From assembly GCA_963735035.1 (NCBI GenBank), contig CAVTJJ010000005.1:1-64000 (forward strand): a DNA stretch of 64,000 nucleotides, read 5' to 3'. The position numbers and the translations under genes were made by a program. The notes beneath the pieces were generated by a model. That model ran no database searches. It saw nothing but the letters and a program-made list of their open reading frames with translations, and was not told where the DNA came from. This DNA is from an uncultured candidate division Zixibacteria bacterium. GTDB lineage: Bacteria > Zixibacteria > MSB-5A5 > GN15 > FEB-12. This document shows, piece by piece, positions 12,604-21,948 of this stretch. The stretch's first letter is position 1, and the number at the start of each line of letters is the position of its first letter.

Positions 12604-13716
12604 TTGACTAAGATCAAACCGGAGTCGGATCGAAAAGTCGATCTTGACCCCATGATCTCCGGAGTCGTCAAAGCGGTGAAATCCGGCGGGCACATTCTCA
12701 ATAGAAAGGCCCGCAAGGGTCGCGGGGTTCAGGGCCTGCGCTTCTGGGCTCAATTATTCTCGTTGGGAATCAATGTCTGGATCGGGGTACAGTTCTATTA
12801 CTGGGTGACGTACATCCAGAGCCACGGGACCGCCTGGCAGGTGTCGCGTCCCCCCGGTGTGGAAGGCTGGCTGCCAATCGGATCGCTGGTCTCATTGCGC
12901 TATTGGTGGCAGACTGGCACTGTGAACGATATCCACCCGGCCGGACTGTTCATCTTCGCGGCCATTCTGCTGACGTCATTTCTGTTCAAGAAGGGGTTCT
13001 GTTCGTGGGTCTGCCCGATAGGTTTCATTTCAGAAATGATTGGGGCCTTGGCCGACAAGCTATGGGGGCGCCGATTGCACCCTCCCAAATGGCTGGATTA
13101 CCCGCTTCGTTCTCTCAAGTATCTATTGCTGGCGTTCTTCATCTGGGCGGTCTTGATATCAATGACTCCGGACGGAGTTAAGAATTTCCTTTATTCCGAT
13201 TACAACATCGCGACTGATATTCTGATGCTTCGTTTCTTCACCGATGTCTCGGTCTTCGCCTTGGTCGTACTAGTCGCGCTGTTCATATTGTCGTTTGTAA
13301 TTCGCGGTTTCTGGTGTCGCTACTTGTGTCCTTATGGGGCGTTGCTGGGACTTATCAATTTCGTATCGCCTACCCGCATCAGGCGCGAAGCTGCCACCTG
13401 CATCGATTGCACGGCCTGCCGGAAAGTCTGTCCCGCCTTCATCAAAGTCGATAAGGTGACTGAGGTTGTTTCTGACGAGTGCCTGGGCTGCATGGCGTGT
13501 GTCGATGTCTGCCCGGTGGAGAAGACGCTCGAGGTCAAGCTGGTCTCGAAACAGGTCACTCTTCCCACTTGGAAATGGGCTGCCGCTCTGCTACTTGTCT
13601 TCTGGGTGACTTTGCTGAGTGTAAAGTTGTTCGGACCGTGGCAAAACAGCATTCCCGATACACAGTACATGGAGCGTATTGACGATATCAGCCGGGGTGG
13701 ATATGTGCACCCGTAG
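12604..13716 (+). CDS. Polytopic membrane 4Fe-4S binding protein (NapH/MauN/YccM-like)
   Basis: FCSWVCPIG and WCRYLCPYG motifs, two ferredoxin Cys motifs, several TM helices. Confidence 0.85.
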   Translation: MTKIKPESDRKVDLDPMISGVVKAVKSGGHILNRKARKGRGVQGLRFWAQLFSLGINVWIGVQFYYWVTYIQSHGTAWQVSRPPGVEGWLPIGSLVSLRYWWQTGTVNDIHPAGLFIFAAILLTSFLFKKGFCSWVCPIGFISEMIGALADKLWGRRLHPPKWLDYPLRSLKYLLLAFFIWAVLISMTPDGVKNFLYSDYNIATDILMLRFFTDVSVFALVVLVALFILSFVIRGFWCRYLCPYGALLGLINFVSPTRIRREAATCIDCTACRKVCPAFIKVDKVTEVVSDECLGCMACVDVCPVEKTLEVKLVSKQVTLPTWKWAAALLLVFWVTLLSVKLFGPWQNSIPDTQYMERIDDISRGGYVHP

Positions 13717-13724
13717 GAGCAACA

Positions 13725-14477
13725 GTGAAGACAGAATCAGTTTTCGAAAAGTATGCTCATGAGTATGACATCCTGACCAACGCCCCGGGCAGGACCGCCA
13801 ATCATCGTCTGGAAGTCAGGGCGCTGATTGACCGCTTTCATCCCACATCGGTTCTTGACGCCGGATGCGCGTCAGGTTTGACCGCGACCCTCTTTGCCGA
13901 GGAAGGTGTTCGCGCGGTTGGGCTCGATCGATCTAAGCGAATGATCGCGGTGGCCAAGTCCAAATACTCCGGGAAGAACCTTCCGGTTTCTTTCAAGGTG
14001 GGAAGTTTTGAGAGTCTGCCGGAGGGGTTGAGCGGCAAGTTCGATCTGGTCGTCTGTTTGGCCAATTCAATTGCCGGAGTCGGAACGGTTCCGAATCTCA
14101 AACGCAGCCTTGTTGGTTTCAAGCGCCTGCTGCGACCGGGGGGCGTTCTCGTTCTCCAGATGCTTAATCTTGCGGCCCTCAAAGTAGGCGAGGTCATGCC
14201 GGTCAAAGCGACCCGGTCGGGCGATGTCGGCTATCTTCGATTTGCGCGTCGCCGGGGGAGTCGGATGGAAATCACGATAGTTCGCCTTGACTTCTCTCGG
14301 GAACCGTTCGGGTTTGAACCGTTTGTCGATGAGATGGAGAGTTTCTCACCTACCGTTCTTACAGGAGAAATCAAAACGGCCGGTTTCTCGAAGATATCTC
14401 GCTTCGGGGACTTGCTCCTGACGCATCCCTTCGAGAGAGCATCACGTGATATCATCATAACCGCCCTAAAGCCATAG
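13725..14477 (+). CDS. Class I SAM-dependent methyltransferase
   Basis: VLDAGCASG, GLDRS, FDLVVCLANS, LRPGG. Confidence 0.88.
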   Translation: MKTESVFEKYAHEYDILTNAPGRTANHRLEVRALIDRFHPTSVLDAGCASGLTATLFAEEGVRAVGLDRSKRMIAVAKSKYSGKNLPVSFKVGSFESLPEGLSGKFDLVVCLANSIAGVGTVPNLKRSLVGFKRLLRPGGVLVLQMLNLAALKVGEVMPVKATRSGDVGYLRFARRRGSRMEITIVRLDFSREPFGFEPFVDEMESFSPTVLTGEIKTAGFSKISRFGDLLLTHPFERASRDIIITALKP

Positions 14478-14546
14478 TTTGGCCATCGGGTCAATAAGGG
14501 CCCTGCTTTTCCGACAATAGTCATATATCCGGGCGGAGGTTGCAAC

Positions 14547-15290
14547 GTGATTGGACTAATCAGTGCGATGGAAGAAGAACTGGTCAGGTTTCGTGATAAT
14601 GTGGAACTTGACCAGACGGTCAGACAAGCTGGAATAGATTTCTATTTTGGTCGTTTGGCTGGACAGAAAATAGTGCTTCTCAAATGTGGGGTGGGGAAAG
14701 TCAACGGCGCGGTGGCGACCCAGCTTCTGATTGACCGATTTGGCGTCGACGCCGTTATCTTTACCGGTCTGGCCGGAGCACTTGTTCCGCATTTGAAGCG
14801 GGGAGACGTGGTCGTTTCAAACTATGTCGTTCAGCACGATATCGATCTGACGGCGTTCGGCCGGCGTCCCGGAGAAATCCCCGACCTGGCGCGCATGATC
14901 GAGGCACAGCCAAGACTCGTTCACCTGGCGGCCGATGCGGCCGAAGAAGCTTTGCGTGAAGACAAACGTCAGCGGAACATGATTGTCGGGACCATTGCCA
15001 CCGGGGATTCGTTTGTGGCCGACCCCGACAAGATTCGCTGGCTCCAACGGGAGTTCGGAGCCGTGGCCACCGAGATGGAAGGCGGGGCGGTGGGGCAGGT
15101 CTGCCAGATGAACCGGGTGCCGTTTGTAGTGGTGAGGGTGATCTCCGACGGCTCCGGCGGCGGTGCGGCCGGTGAATTCATTATGTTTCTCGACGAGGCC
15201 TCAAGCCTGACTTTCAGAATCGTTCAGACTATGCTTTGTCGTTGGGAAGTGACTGTGCCGGTTGCAGCTCTCCAGCCGAGTCTGATTTAG
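14547..15290 (+). CDS. mtnN: 5'-methylthioadenosine/S-adenosylhomocysteine nucleosidase
   Basis: IGLISAMEEE, GVGKVN, TGDSF, EMEGGA, RVISD. Confidence 0.92.
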   Translation: MIGLISAMEEELVRFRDNVELDQTVRQAGIDFYFGRLAGQKIVLLKCGVGKVNGAVATQLLIDRFGVDAVIFTGLAGALVPHLKRGDVVVSNYVVQHDIDLTAFGRRPGEIPDLARMIEAQPRLVHLAADAAEEALREDKRQRNMIVGTIATGDSFVADPDKIRWLQREFGAVATEMEGGAVGQVCQMNRVPFVVVRVISDGSGGGAAGEFIMFLDEASSLTFRIVQTMLCRWEVTVPVAALQPSLI

Positions 15291-15327
15291 TTTGACTGAC
15301 GGGTGATTTGGCCTAGATTTGAACCCT

Positions 15328-16909
15328 ATGAAACGTATTCTACTTTTCCTGACGATAATGCTCTGGTTCACTCCGACCCAGGCCCAGAAGAAAGATGCGC
15401 TTCCCAAAGGGACGGTGGCCGAGCGGTCCGTGGCGGCATCACCGAGTGTCGAGAGTTTTCGCCCCGTCGGCGATTCCCGAGGCTGGTGGTTCTTTTCTCG
15501 TCAAACGACGTTTGGCGACTTCACGTCGATCGTGACCGGCCGAAAGGACGCTGGGGAACTATCGGGGCTCGTGCTCAAAGAGTTGCTCCAGGTGGATTTC
15601 AAGAAGATCGGGCAGGAAAATCGACAGTATGTCTCTGGAGAGAGTTACGTTTCCCAGCGCGGCTTTTTTGCCGGCTGTGACTATCAAATCGGCCCGCCGG
15701 ATACTTCCGAGCAGTTGTCACTCACTTCCGAGCCAACCCGGCTTACCGGATTCTACACCAATCTGGGGGCCAGGGCGGACGTCGATCTTCCATGGAAGGC
15801 CGCGCCATTCTTCTGGGATGCTTTCATGGTCGATCAACTCGAAATCTATCTGGCGATGCATGACCTGAAGATTGGCGCCATTCTCGACGATTCGGCGCTG
15901 TGTCCGCAATCGCTGGTCTTCTCACACATAAGAGGTCAGGTAACCTCGTTTATGTGGCAGGAGATCTACAAGGGGAAGCTTGATTCAGTATTTGTCATAC
16001 AGCTTACTGAGCCGGGGCGATGTCAGTTATTCTTCACCCCCGACAAACGACTGGTCAAAGTAGACTTTCAGGACATGGATATCCGAGTCTATCAGAACGC
16101 AGTCAGGCAGGTAAGTCAGTCAGCATCGGCCGAGGCGAACAAAGCCAACCCGTCGACTTCGCGATCAACGGAGTTTTCCGTTCGCGCCCTAATTCTAAAA
16201 CTGCCGCATTATGTAGCGTTTCTCGTGATTACCGGGGTAATGCTCCTGCTATTCGCCGCCAAGGCTTTCAAGTGGCGTGACTCATATCTGGCGCTCGGCT
16301 CAGGGATTGTGGTTTATCTCGTAATGCCCCTGGTAGTGTACCCTCTGCTGTTGGTACTGGCGCGGGATTGGTTAGGCATGGGAAGCGCCACTGCGAGCGG
16401 ATTCTATGTGCGTGGTGCGGTCTTCTCGTTTGTATCAGGCCTGATCCCCGCGGCACTGATTCTGGCAGCAATTATGTCGCTGCAACGCATGACCAAATTG
16501 CCTTCTTATAAGATCGCCGGCATAGGAGCTTTCGTGGGGGCGGGGTTTGCTTTGGCTGAGGCGGCTTATGTCTCGGGAATGGAAATAACGATCCTCTTTA
16601 GCAGGCCACTGCTCGAGCGGGCCGGCTTTATAGCCCTCGGTGTAGCCACTGGGGCGCTGATCGGTCGCCTTCTCAAGGAAAATATGGTGTTTACCGTCTG
16701 GGGTGTGTTGGGATCATCGGTTCGTCATCGGTGTGGCGAGGTTCTTCCCAATGCTGGTGCAGGGGCGACTGGTTGACATTCAACTGATGCATTTCATCCT
16801 GGCGATCTGGGTGGCCGTCTTCATGGTGGTGGTGCTGATGCTTTCCCGGAAGACATTTGAGCAACCGGCTGAGGACGAAACACCCGAAAGCCCCGACCTT
16901 CAATCTTGA
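15328..16909 (+). CDS. Exported N-terminal domain fused to a multi-TM C-terminal domain (YhfC/PrsW-like); single-base frameshift near 16716
   Basis: Signal peptide; TM region with G.FVGAGF..AE and LLER; ORF 16703..16909 continues the TM pattern after one extra G. Confidence 0.55.
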
Positions 16910-17016
16910 CGTTTAGAACTTGTGACCGCTATCATTACCTGCTTTGTATAACAGCAAGTGCGCCTCATTGCAGGCGCAACAACCGTGTTTGACTCGACGT
17001 TTTGGAAGAGTATTGA

Positions 17017-17985
17017 ATGGCTGACAATCAAGCCTTCGCCGGAATAGATATCGGCGGAACCAACATCAAGTACGGGCTCACCGACCTGAAGGGACAGGTT
17101 TTGTTCAAAGAGCAGCGCCCGACCATGGCCGAGAAGGGGCCGGAGCCGCTCTTGCATCTCATAGGGAACATCGGCGAACGGCTTCTGCTGCATGCCGCCG
17201 AAGAGGAACTTGACGTGCGCTGGCTCGGTGTCGGCACACCGGGCACGGTAGACTTCAAAGACGGCCGTATCACCGGCATGACACCCAATATCGTGGGCTG
17301 GAAGGGGACCGCCATAGGAGAGTTTCTCGGAGAGCGCTTGAATGTCCCCGTCTGGGTCGACAATGATGTCAACGCTGTTGCGCTGGCCGAACACCGGTTC
17401 GGAGTCGCGGCGGGGTTCTCGTCGCTGGTCTGCGTAGCAGTAGGCACCGGCGTGGGCGGCGGGATAATCCTGAACAACAAGTTGTGGCGGGGAGCTAATT
17501 ATGCCGCCGGCGAACTGGGGCACATGTCGATCGATCCTGACGGCCCTGCCTGCGGATGTGGCAACAAGGGTTGTGTCGAAGCCTATTGCTCGTCTTCCGC
17601 AATTATTGCCCGATGCCGCGAACGTCTGAAGAAGGGTCTGACCCCGACGTTCGAAGAAGTCCTATCCGGAGATCTGGACGGATTGACGATCAAGAAACTG
17701 TTTCAGGCCGCGCGACAGAAAGATGAGATTGCGCTCGAAGTTATTTCCGAGACAGCCCGGTATTTGGCTATTGGTTTGGCCGGGGTAGTGAATCTTTTGA
17801 ACCCGGAGATGGTAGTAGTAGGTGGAGGTGTCGCCGACGGCGGCGCCGGGTTTGTCGAGTCGGTGGCTCAGGAACTGCGTCCCCGAGTCTGCGATTCGGC
17901 CGCAGAAAAACTCCGGGTCGTCAAAGCGTCCCTGGGAAACAACGCCGGTTTTATCGGAGCCGGAATTCTGGGTGAAGAAAGGTAG
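17017..17985 (+). CDS. ROK family sugar kinase (glucokinase-like)
   Basis: GIDIGGT, VDNDVN, GTGVGGG, GELGH, C.CG..GC.E motif. Confidence 0.92.
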   Translation: MADNQAFAGIDIGGTNIKYGLTDLKGQVLFKEQRPTMAEKGPEPLLHLIGNIGERLLLHAAEEELDVRWLGVGTPGTVDFKDGRITGMTPNIVGWKGTAIGEFLGERLNVPVWVDNDVNAVALAEHRFGVAAGFSSLVCVAVGTGVGGGIILNNKLWRGANYAAGELGHMSIDPDGPACGCGNKGCVEAYCSSSAIIARCRERLKKGLTPTFEEVLSGDLDGLTIKKLFQAARQKDEIALEVISETARYLAIGLAGVVNLLNPEMVVVGGGVADGGAGFVESVAQELRPRVCDSAAEKLRVVKASLGNNAGFIGAGILGEER

Positions 17986-17987
17986 AC

Positions 17988-18371
17988 ATGATGGAAGAAC
18001 AGTCATCGGGATCAGATCAGGAGAGGCCGCCATTGACCTTTCTGGCCGCCAAGTGGTACGGATATGTCCTGGCCCTTGTTTTTCTCCTGTACGGCGGCGT
18101 AAGCCTGATCCTGAGCTTTCTAGATCGGGACTACACCCAGACTGGCAAATTCCTGGTATTCCTGGCGGTCGGGATCGTACTTGCGATGATTGCTCTGGCG
18201 TTCCGTGACCGAAGGGTCTGGGGCTGGTACGGGGAAGTGAGCCTTCAGGGACTGGTTATCCTCCTGGCCCTGTTTCACCCTACGAATCCGTTCAATTGGA
18301 TACTGATCATTCTATCCGCTATTACTCTTTTTCTGCTTTGGTCTCCTCGGACGAAGGGGGAGATATTCTGA
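17988..18371 (+). CDS. Hypothetical 4-TM membrane protein
   Basis: Four hydrophobic segments; directly follows the ROK gene. Confidence 0.7.
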   Translation: MMEEQSSGSDQERPPLTFLAAKWYGYVLALVFLLYGGVSLILSFLDRDYTQTGKFLVFLAVGIVLAMIALAFRDRRVWGWYGEVSLQGLVILLALFHPTNPFNWILIILSAITLFLLWSPRTKGEIF

Positions 18372-18441
18372 TCGGGTCAATTAACCGTTGACACGGTAAG
18401 GTTTCTGGGTAAATTTCCGAGTCTTTGTAGACAGGATCATT

Positions 18442-18514
<73 letters not shown>

Positions 18515-18566
18515 TTTTTTATTGACCCTCTGCTGACGAATCAGCCGCCAAACGAGATAGACAATA

Positions 18567-18599
18567 AAGCCCCGCCGGACCGGAGTCCGCGGGGCTTTT
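18567..18599. terminator. Bidirectional terminator-like hairpin
   Basis: AAAGCCCCGC...GCGGGGCTTTT between converging tRNA-Phe and the 18633 gene. Confidence 0.7.
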
Positions 18600-18632
18600 C
18601 CCTCACGTCGAGGATAAACCGGGGCGACACTC

Positions 18633-18998
18633 CTATGCGGTTGGAGGGTGGCTGCGCCCCTGTCTTTCGAGTTGTTTCAGCTTGCGCTGGGCAATCGGGT
18701 AATAGGCCAACATCCCAAGGCCGGCCATGAGAAACATCAGGCCGAATACGGTCTCGTCCCGCCAGTAGTAGGGCATCCAGCGCGAGACCATCCAGGCCAA
18801 GCCTATGCCTACCAATACCATACCCCACTTGAGGCTGGATAGGTTGGCGAGGTCCGGATGGGTCAAAAGAGCCTGGGCGGCTTGGGGATCGGAAATCGAC
18901 TTCTCGAGAATGCGTCTCTTGATGGTGTTGTCAGAGATGATCTTGACGATCGCTACGACCGAGAAGAAAATTATGCCGACAATCAATGCGTCTTCCAT
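18633..18998 (-). CDS. Small membrane protein (DUF6249-like)
   Basis: TM helix, charged linker, SLKWGMVLVGIG, two further TM helices; GGA RBS. Confidence 0.7.
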   Translation of the reverse strand: MEDALIVGIIFFSVVAIVKIISDNTIKRRILEKSISDPQAAQALLTHPDLANLSSLKWGMVLVGIGLAWMVSRWMPYYWRDETVFGLMFLMAGLGMLAYYPIAQRKLKQLERQGRSHPPTA

Positions 18999-19030
18999 AG
19001 CCAGTCCTTTCATCTACGTGTCTGTTGCAT

Positions 19031-19097
19031 TAGACCGGGCGTAACCCCAAAAGTTGCAGCTGGAAAGATGCAACTTTTGCCTTCCCGGACCAGTCTA
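19031..19097. promoter_or_regulatory. Two back-to-back ECF-type promoters
   Basis: TGCAACTTTT...GTCTA on + (19069-19097) and on - (19058-19031). Confidence 0.7.
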
Positions 19098-19104
19098 CTA
19101 TGGT

Positions 19105-19692
19105 ATGGAAAGCCAGGTTATCCAACAGACCCGCCTTTTGGTCGACCGGATCATGACCGGTGACCCGAATGCTTTCAAACAACTGGTCAAAGACAACGAG
19201 CGGCTGGTCGGGCAGATAGTATTCCGCATGATCCCTTGCGAATCGGATAGGGAAGACGCCTGCCAGGATATTTTTGTCAAAGTCTACCAGAACCTGGGTA
19301 CGTTCCGGTTCGACTGCAAGCTCTCCACCTGGATTGCCAGAATTACTTACACTACCTGCCTCAACTACCTCGACAAGAAGAAGCTGCCGCTCTACGAGGA
19401 CACCAATCTCGACGGGCATACGGTCGATGATTGCGCGTCCGAAGGAACCGGTCCCGAACGATGGACCCACGCCCGGCAGTCATCGGTGCGGATTTGCGAA
19501 GAGATCGATCAGTTGCCGGTTATCTACGGCACGATACTAAGCCTGTTCCATCTTCATGATATGAGTTACGCCGAGATCGGCCAGATTCTTCACCTGCCCG
19601 ACGGCACAGTGAAAAGCTACCTCTTCCGGGCTCGCAAGCTGCTCAAGGAGCGGCTGCAAGTACGTTTCAGCGCGGAGGAGCTATGCGCGTAA
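19105..19692 (+). CDS. ECF RNA polymerase sigma factor (SigW/RpoE-like)
   Basis: EDACQDIFVKVY, STWIARI, MSYAEI...LP.GTVKSYLFRAR. Confidence 0.93.
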   Translation: MESQVIQQTRLLVDRIMTGDPNAFKQLVKDNERLVGQIVFRMIPCESDREDACQDIFVKVYQNLGTFRFDCKLSTWIARITYTTCLNYLDKKKLPLYEDTNLDGHTVDDCASEGTGPERWTHARQSSVRICEEIDQLPVIYGTILSLFHLHDMSYAEIGQILHLPDGTVKSYLFRARKLLKERLQVRFSAEELCA

Positions 19693-20300
19693 GACACCTG
19701 ACCGATATCGAAATCCAGGCGTTACTGGATCGCCGTACCCTTGAATACCCCGGGAATGTTTCTGGCGAGCGTTATCGCAAGGATCTGGACTCGCAGGAGC
19801 ACCTTGACAACTGCGTGAGCTGCCGCGAAGAGTTGGAATTGTACCGTGAGCTTTACGGCGAGTTGGGGCGGTCGTCCACTACGACGCTGCCCAGAAATTT
19901 CGCTCGCAAGGTGACCTTTTCGCTTCCGCCGTTTAGGGCGCGTCGAACCAAAATGCGCTTGCAGTTAGCTGCGGCCTGGGGTGCAAGTCTGTTAATCAGC
20001 CTGTTCTGGCTCCTCGGGCAGATAAGTTTGTCGATCCCGCTGACTCGCTTTGCAGCTTTGCTATCCGATTCGTTACGGATGGCGGGTCTGCTTAAGAGTC
20101 TCATGTTCACTTTTGTGCCGTCGCCCAATCTGGCGGTAGCCTGGAGCATGGCGAGGGCGACCGAGTTGATGGGGTCGATTCATCGGGCGTTTTCTTCGCA
20201 TCTTGTCACCGTCAACCTGGTTATGTTCGCCGGTTTGGTGATCGTGATGTTCATCTGGTTTGACAGCCTCTACCAGTCGGTCTTACGCCAGAAGCGCTAG
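19683..20300 (+). CDS. Membrane anti-sigma factor, zinc-binding type
   Basis: H...HLDNCVSC motif, TM helices, overlaps the sigma gene stop. Confidence 0.8.
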   Translation: MRVRHLTDIEIQALLDRRTLEYPGNVSGERYRKDLDSQEHLDNCVSCREELELYRELYGELGRSSTTTLPRNFARKVTFSLPPFRARRTKMRLQLAAAWGASLLISLFWLLGQISLSIPLTRFAALLSDSLRMAGLLKSLMFTFVPSPNLAVAWSMARATELMGSIHRAFSSHLVTVNLVMFAGLVIVMFIWFDSLYQSVLRQKR

Positions 20301-20340
20301 CTGGCGGCTTCATCTCATAGCCTTCCGCACGTGATAGTCT

Positions 20341-20780
20341 TGTAGGGCGGGTCCGCTTCGAACCCGCCAGGAACCGGCAGATGTGGACATCTGCCGGGCA
20401 CGCTGTTTGGTGGACTTGTCGCGGCGGGCCGGGCACATGGTAGAGTGGGCGGCAGATCTCCTGAGGCTGTCTTATAAGTTAAGAATGTTGTGTCAGGTCC
20501 TGTCCCCGGTCCACCGGAGGTGGGGCGGGGATGTGACCTGACACTGCAACTCATTCGCATTGAACGGCGTCAGTTCACACGCCCCCGATTGAAATCGGGG
20601 GCGCAGGAACTGACGCAACTTAGTTAGGCCTTGTGGGACAGCCTCTCCAGGCCTGCCCCTCAATGTTGGCTCAGATCGTGGCATTTCGTACCTGATGGTG
20701 AGTCCCTAAGTTGCTGCAACGCGTCAGGTCACACGCCCCGCGGCGGGGCGCAGGACCTGACGCAACGACATTCGGGAGGT
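20341..20780. repeat. Cluster of REP-like palindromes
   Basis: GTAGGGCGGG...CCCGCC; GGCAGATGTGGACATCTGCCGGGCAC; three GTCAG(G/T)TC...GA(C/A)CTGAC hairpins (20490-20544, 20567-20616, 20721-20763). Confidence 0.85.
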
Positions 20781-20827
20781 TTTTCAAAAGGCCCTCCACA
20801 GGTATGACGACGTGACGGCCGTCGTAT

Positions 20828-21706
20828 TTACGCCGGTCGGAAAGATTGTATGCGGTCGAGGCGGAAGGTGCGTTCGGCCTGAGCCTTCTCGCAATAGGCG
20901 GTCACGTAGAAAACAGTTCGCAGATTGTGTACGCGCTTCGGCCAAATGATACGAGCTTGCGGCGGCTGGCCGTTGGACGCATAGACGATTTCGAGCGCAC
21001 GGCCCTCTTCGGCGGCCTGAGAAATCCCTCGATACTCATCCGGCAGTGGCCGTTCGTCGCCGCGCCATTGCGACATGGAGTAGAACGTCATGGCCCGCTT
21101 GAATTCACTGTGATTATGAAACACGGGGAATTCCTGTGCGACCATAGCGAATAATTTCCACACCAGCGCAGCATCGTCGCCCGCCCGATGATTCTGATCG
21201 CTCCCCAGACCGAACTTTCTCATCAGCGATTGAAGCGCGTATGAATCAAGCCCGGGGCGATACTGCTTGAACAGATCGACCGTATCGATGATCTGGTTTT
21301 CCAGCAAAGGCAGGCCGACCCGATCGGCCTCACAGCCGACAAACGAGATATCGAAAATCGCGTTGTGGGCGATTAAGATCGAATCGGGGCCGCAGAAATC
21401 GAAGAACTTCTGAAGGACCGGCTTGATGGTCTCAGCGCTCTGCACCATGCCGTTGTTGATGCCGTGAATTTCGATAACTTCAGCCGGAATCTCCCGCTCC
21501 GGATTTACTAACTCCTGAAAACGATCAACCCGGTTGGCACCCAGACGAAACTTCACTGCGCCGATTTCGACAATCCGGTGTGCCACCGCCCAAATGCCGG
21601 TGGTTTCGGTGTCGAAAGCTACGAAGTCGAGTTTCTGGATATACTCATCGTCGGTCTTTTGCCATCTCATAGGGTCGATTATCGCAATTTTCAAACCAAT
21701 TGACAA
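20828..21706 (-). CDS. DEDDh 3'-5' exonuclease (DnaQ-like) fused to a WYL domain (start may be 21670)
   Basis: FVAFDTETTG, AHNA.FD, HRAGDDA; C-terminal I.Y...R.I.P...YV.AYC.....RTFRLDRI. Confidence 0.88.
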   Translation of the reverse strand: MSIGLKIAIIDPMRWQKTDDEYIQKLDFVAFDTETTGIWAVAHRIVEIGAVKFRLGANRVDRFQELVNPEREIPAEVIEIHGINNGMVQSAETIKPVLQKFFDFCGPDSILIAHNAIFDISFVGCEADRVGLPLLENQIIDTVDLFKQYRPGLDSYALQSLMRKFGLGSDQNHRAGDDAALVWKLFAMVAQEFPVFHNHSEFKRAMTFYSMSQWRGDERPLPDEYRGISQAAEEGRALEIVYASNGQPPQARIIWPKRVHNLRTVFYVTAYCEKAQAERTFRLDRIQSFRPA

Positions 21707-21948
21707 ACAGCTTTTGTGCCTTAGATTTCCCTCAGAGGCTGACTATGACAGAGCGCTTGGAAACCAGGTCGATCAGAAAACCGGTGATCACATCGCCGGT
21801 GAGGTCGTTTGCTGCCCGCTACAACGCTCTACTGGCCTCCGGTCTGCAGGACGAATAGATTTCGTCTCAAAATCCAGGACCCGTTTGCGGTCAACTCCCT
21901 TTGAACAATGACGCCCGAAAACCGGGCTTAGCGAAACAGGTGAAGGTT

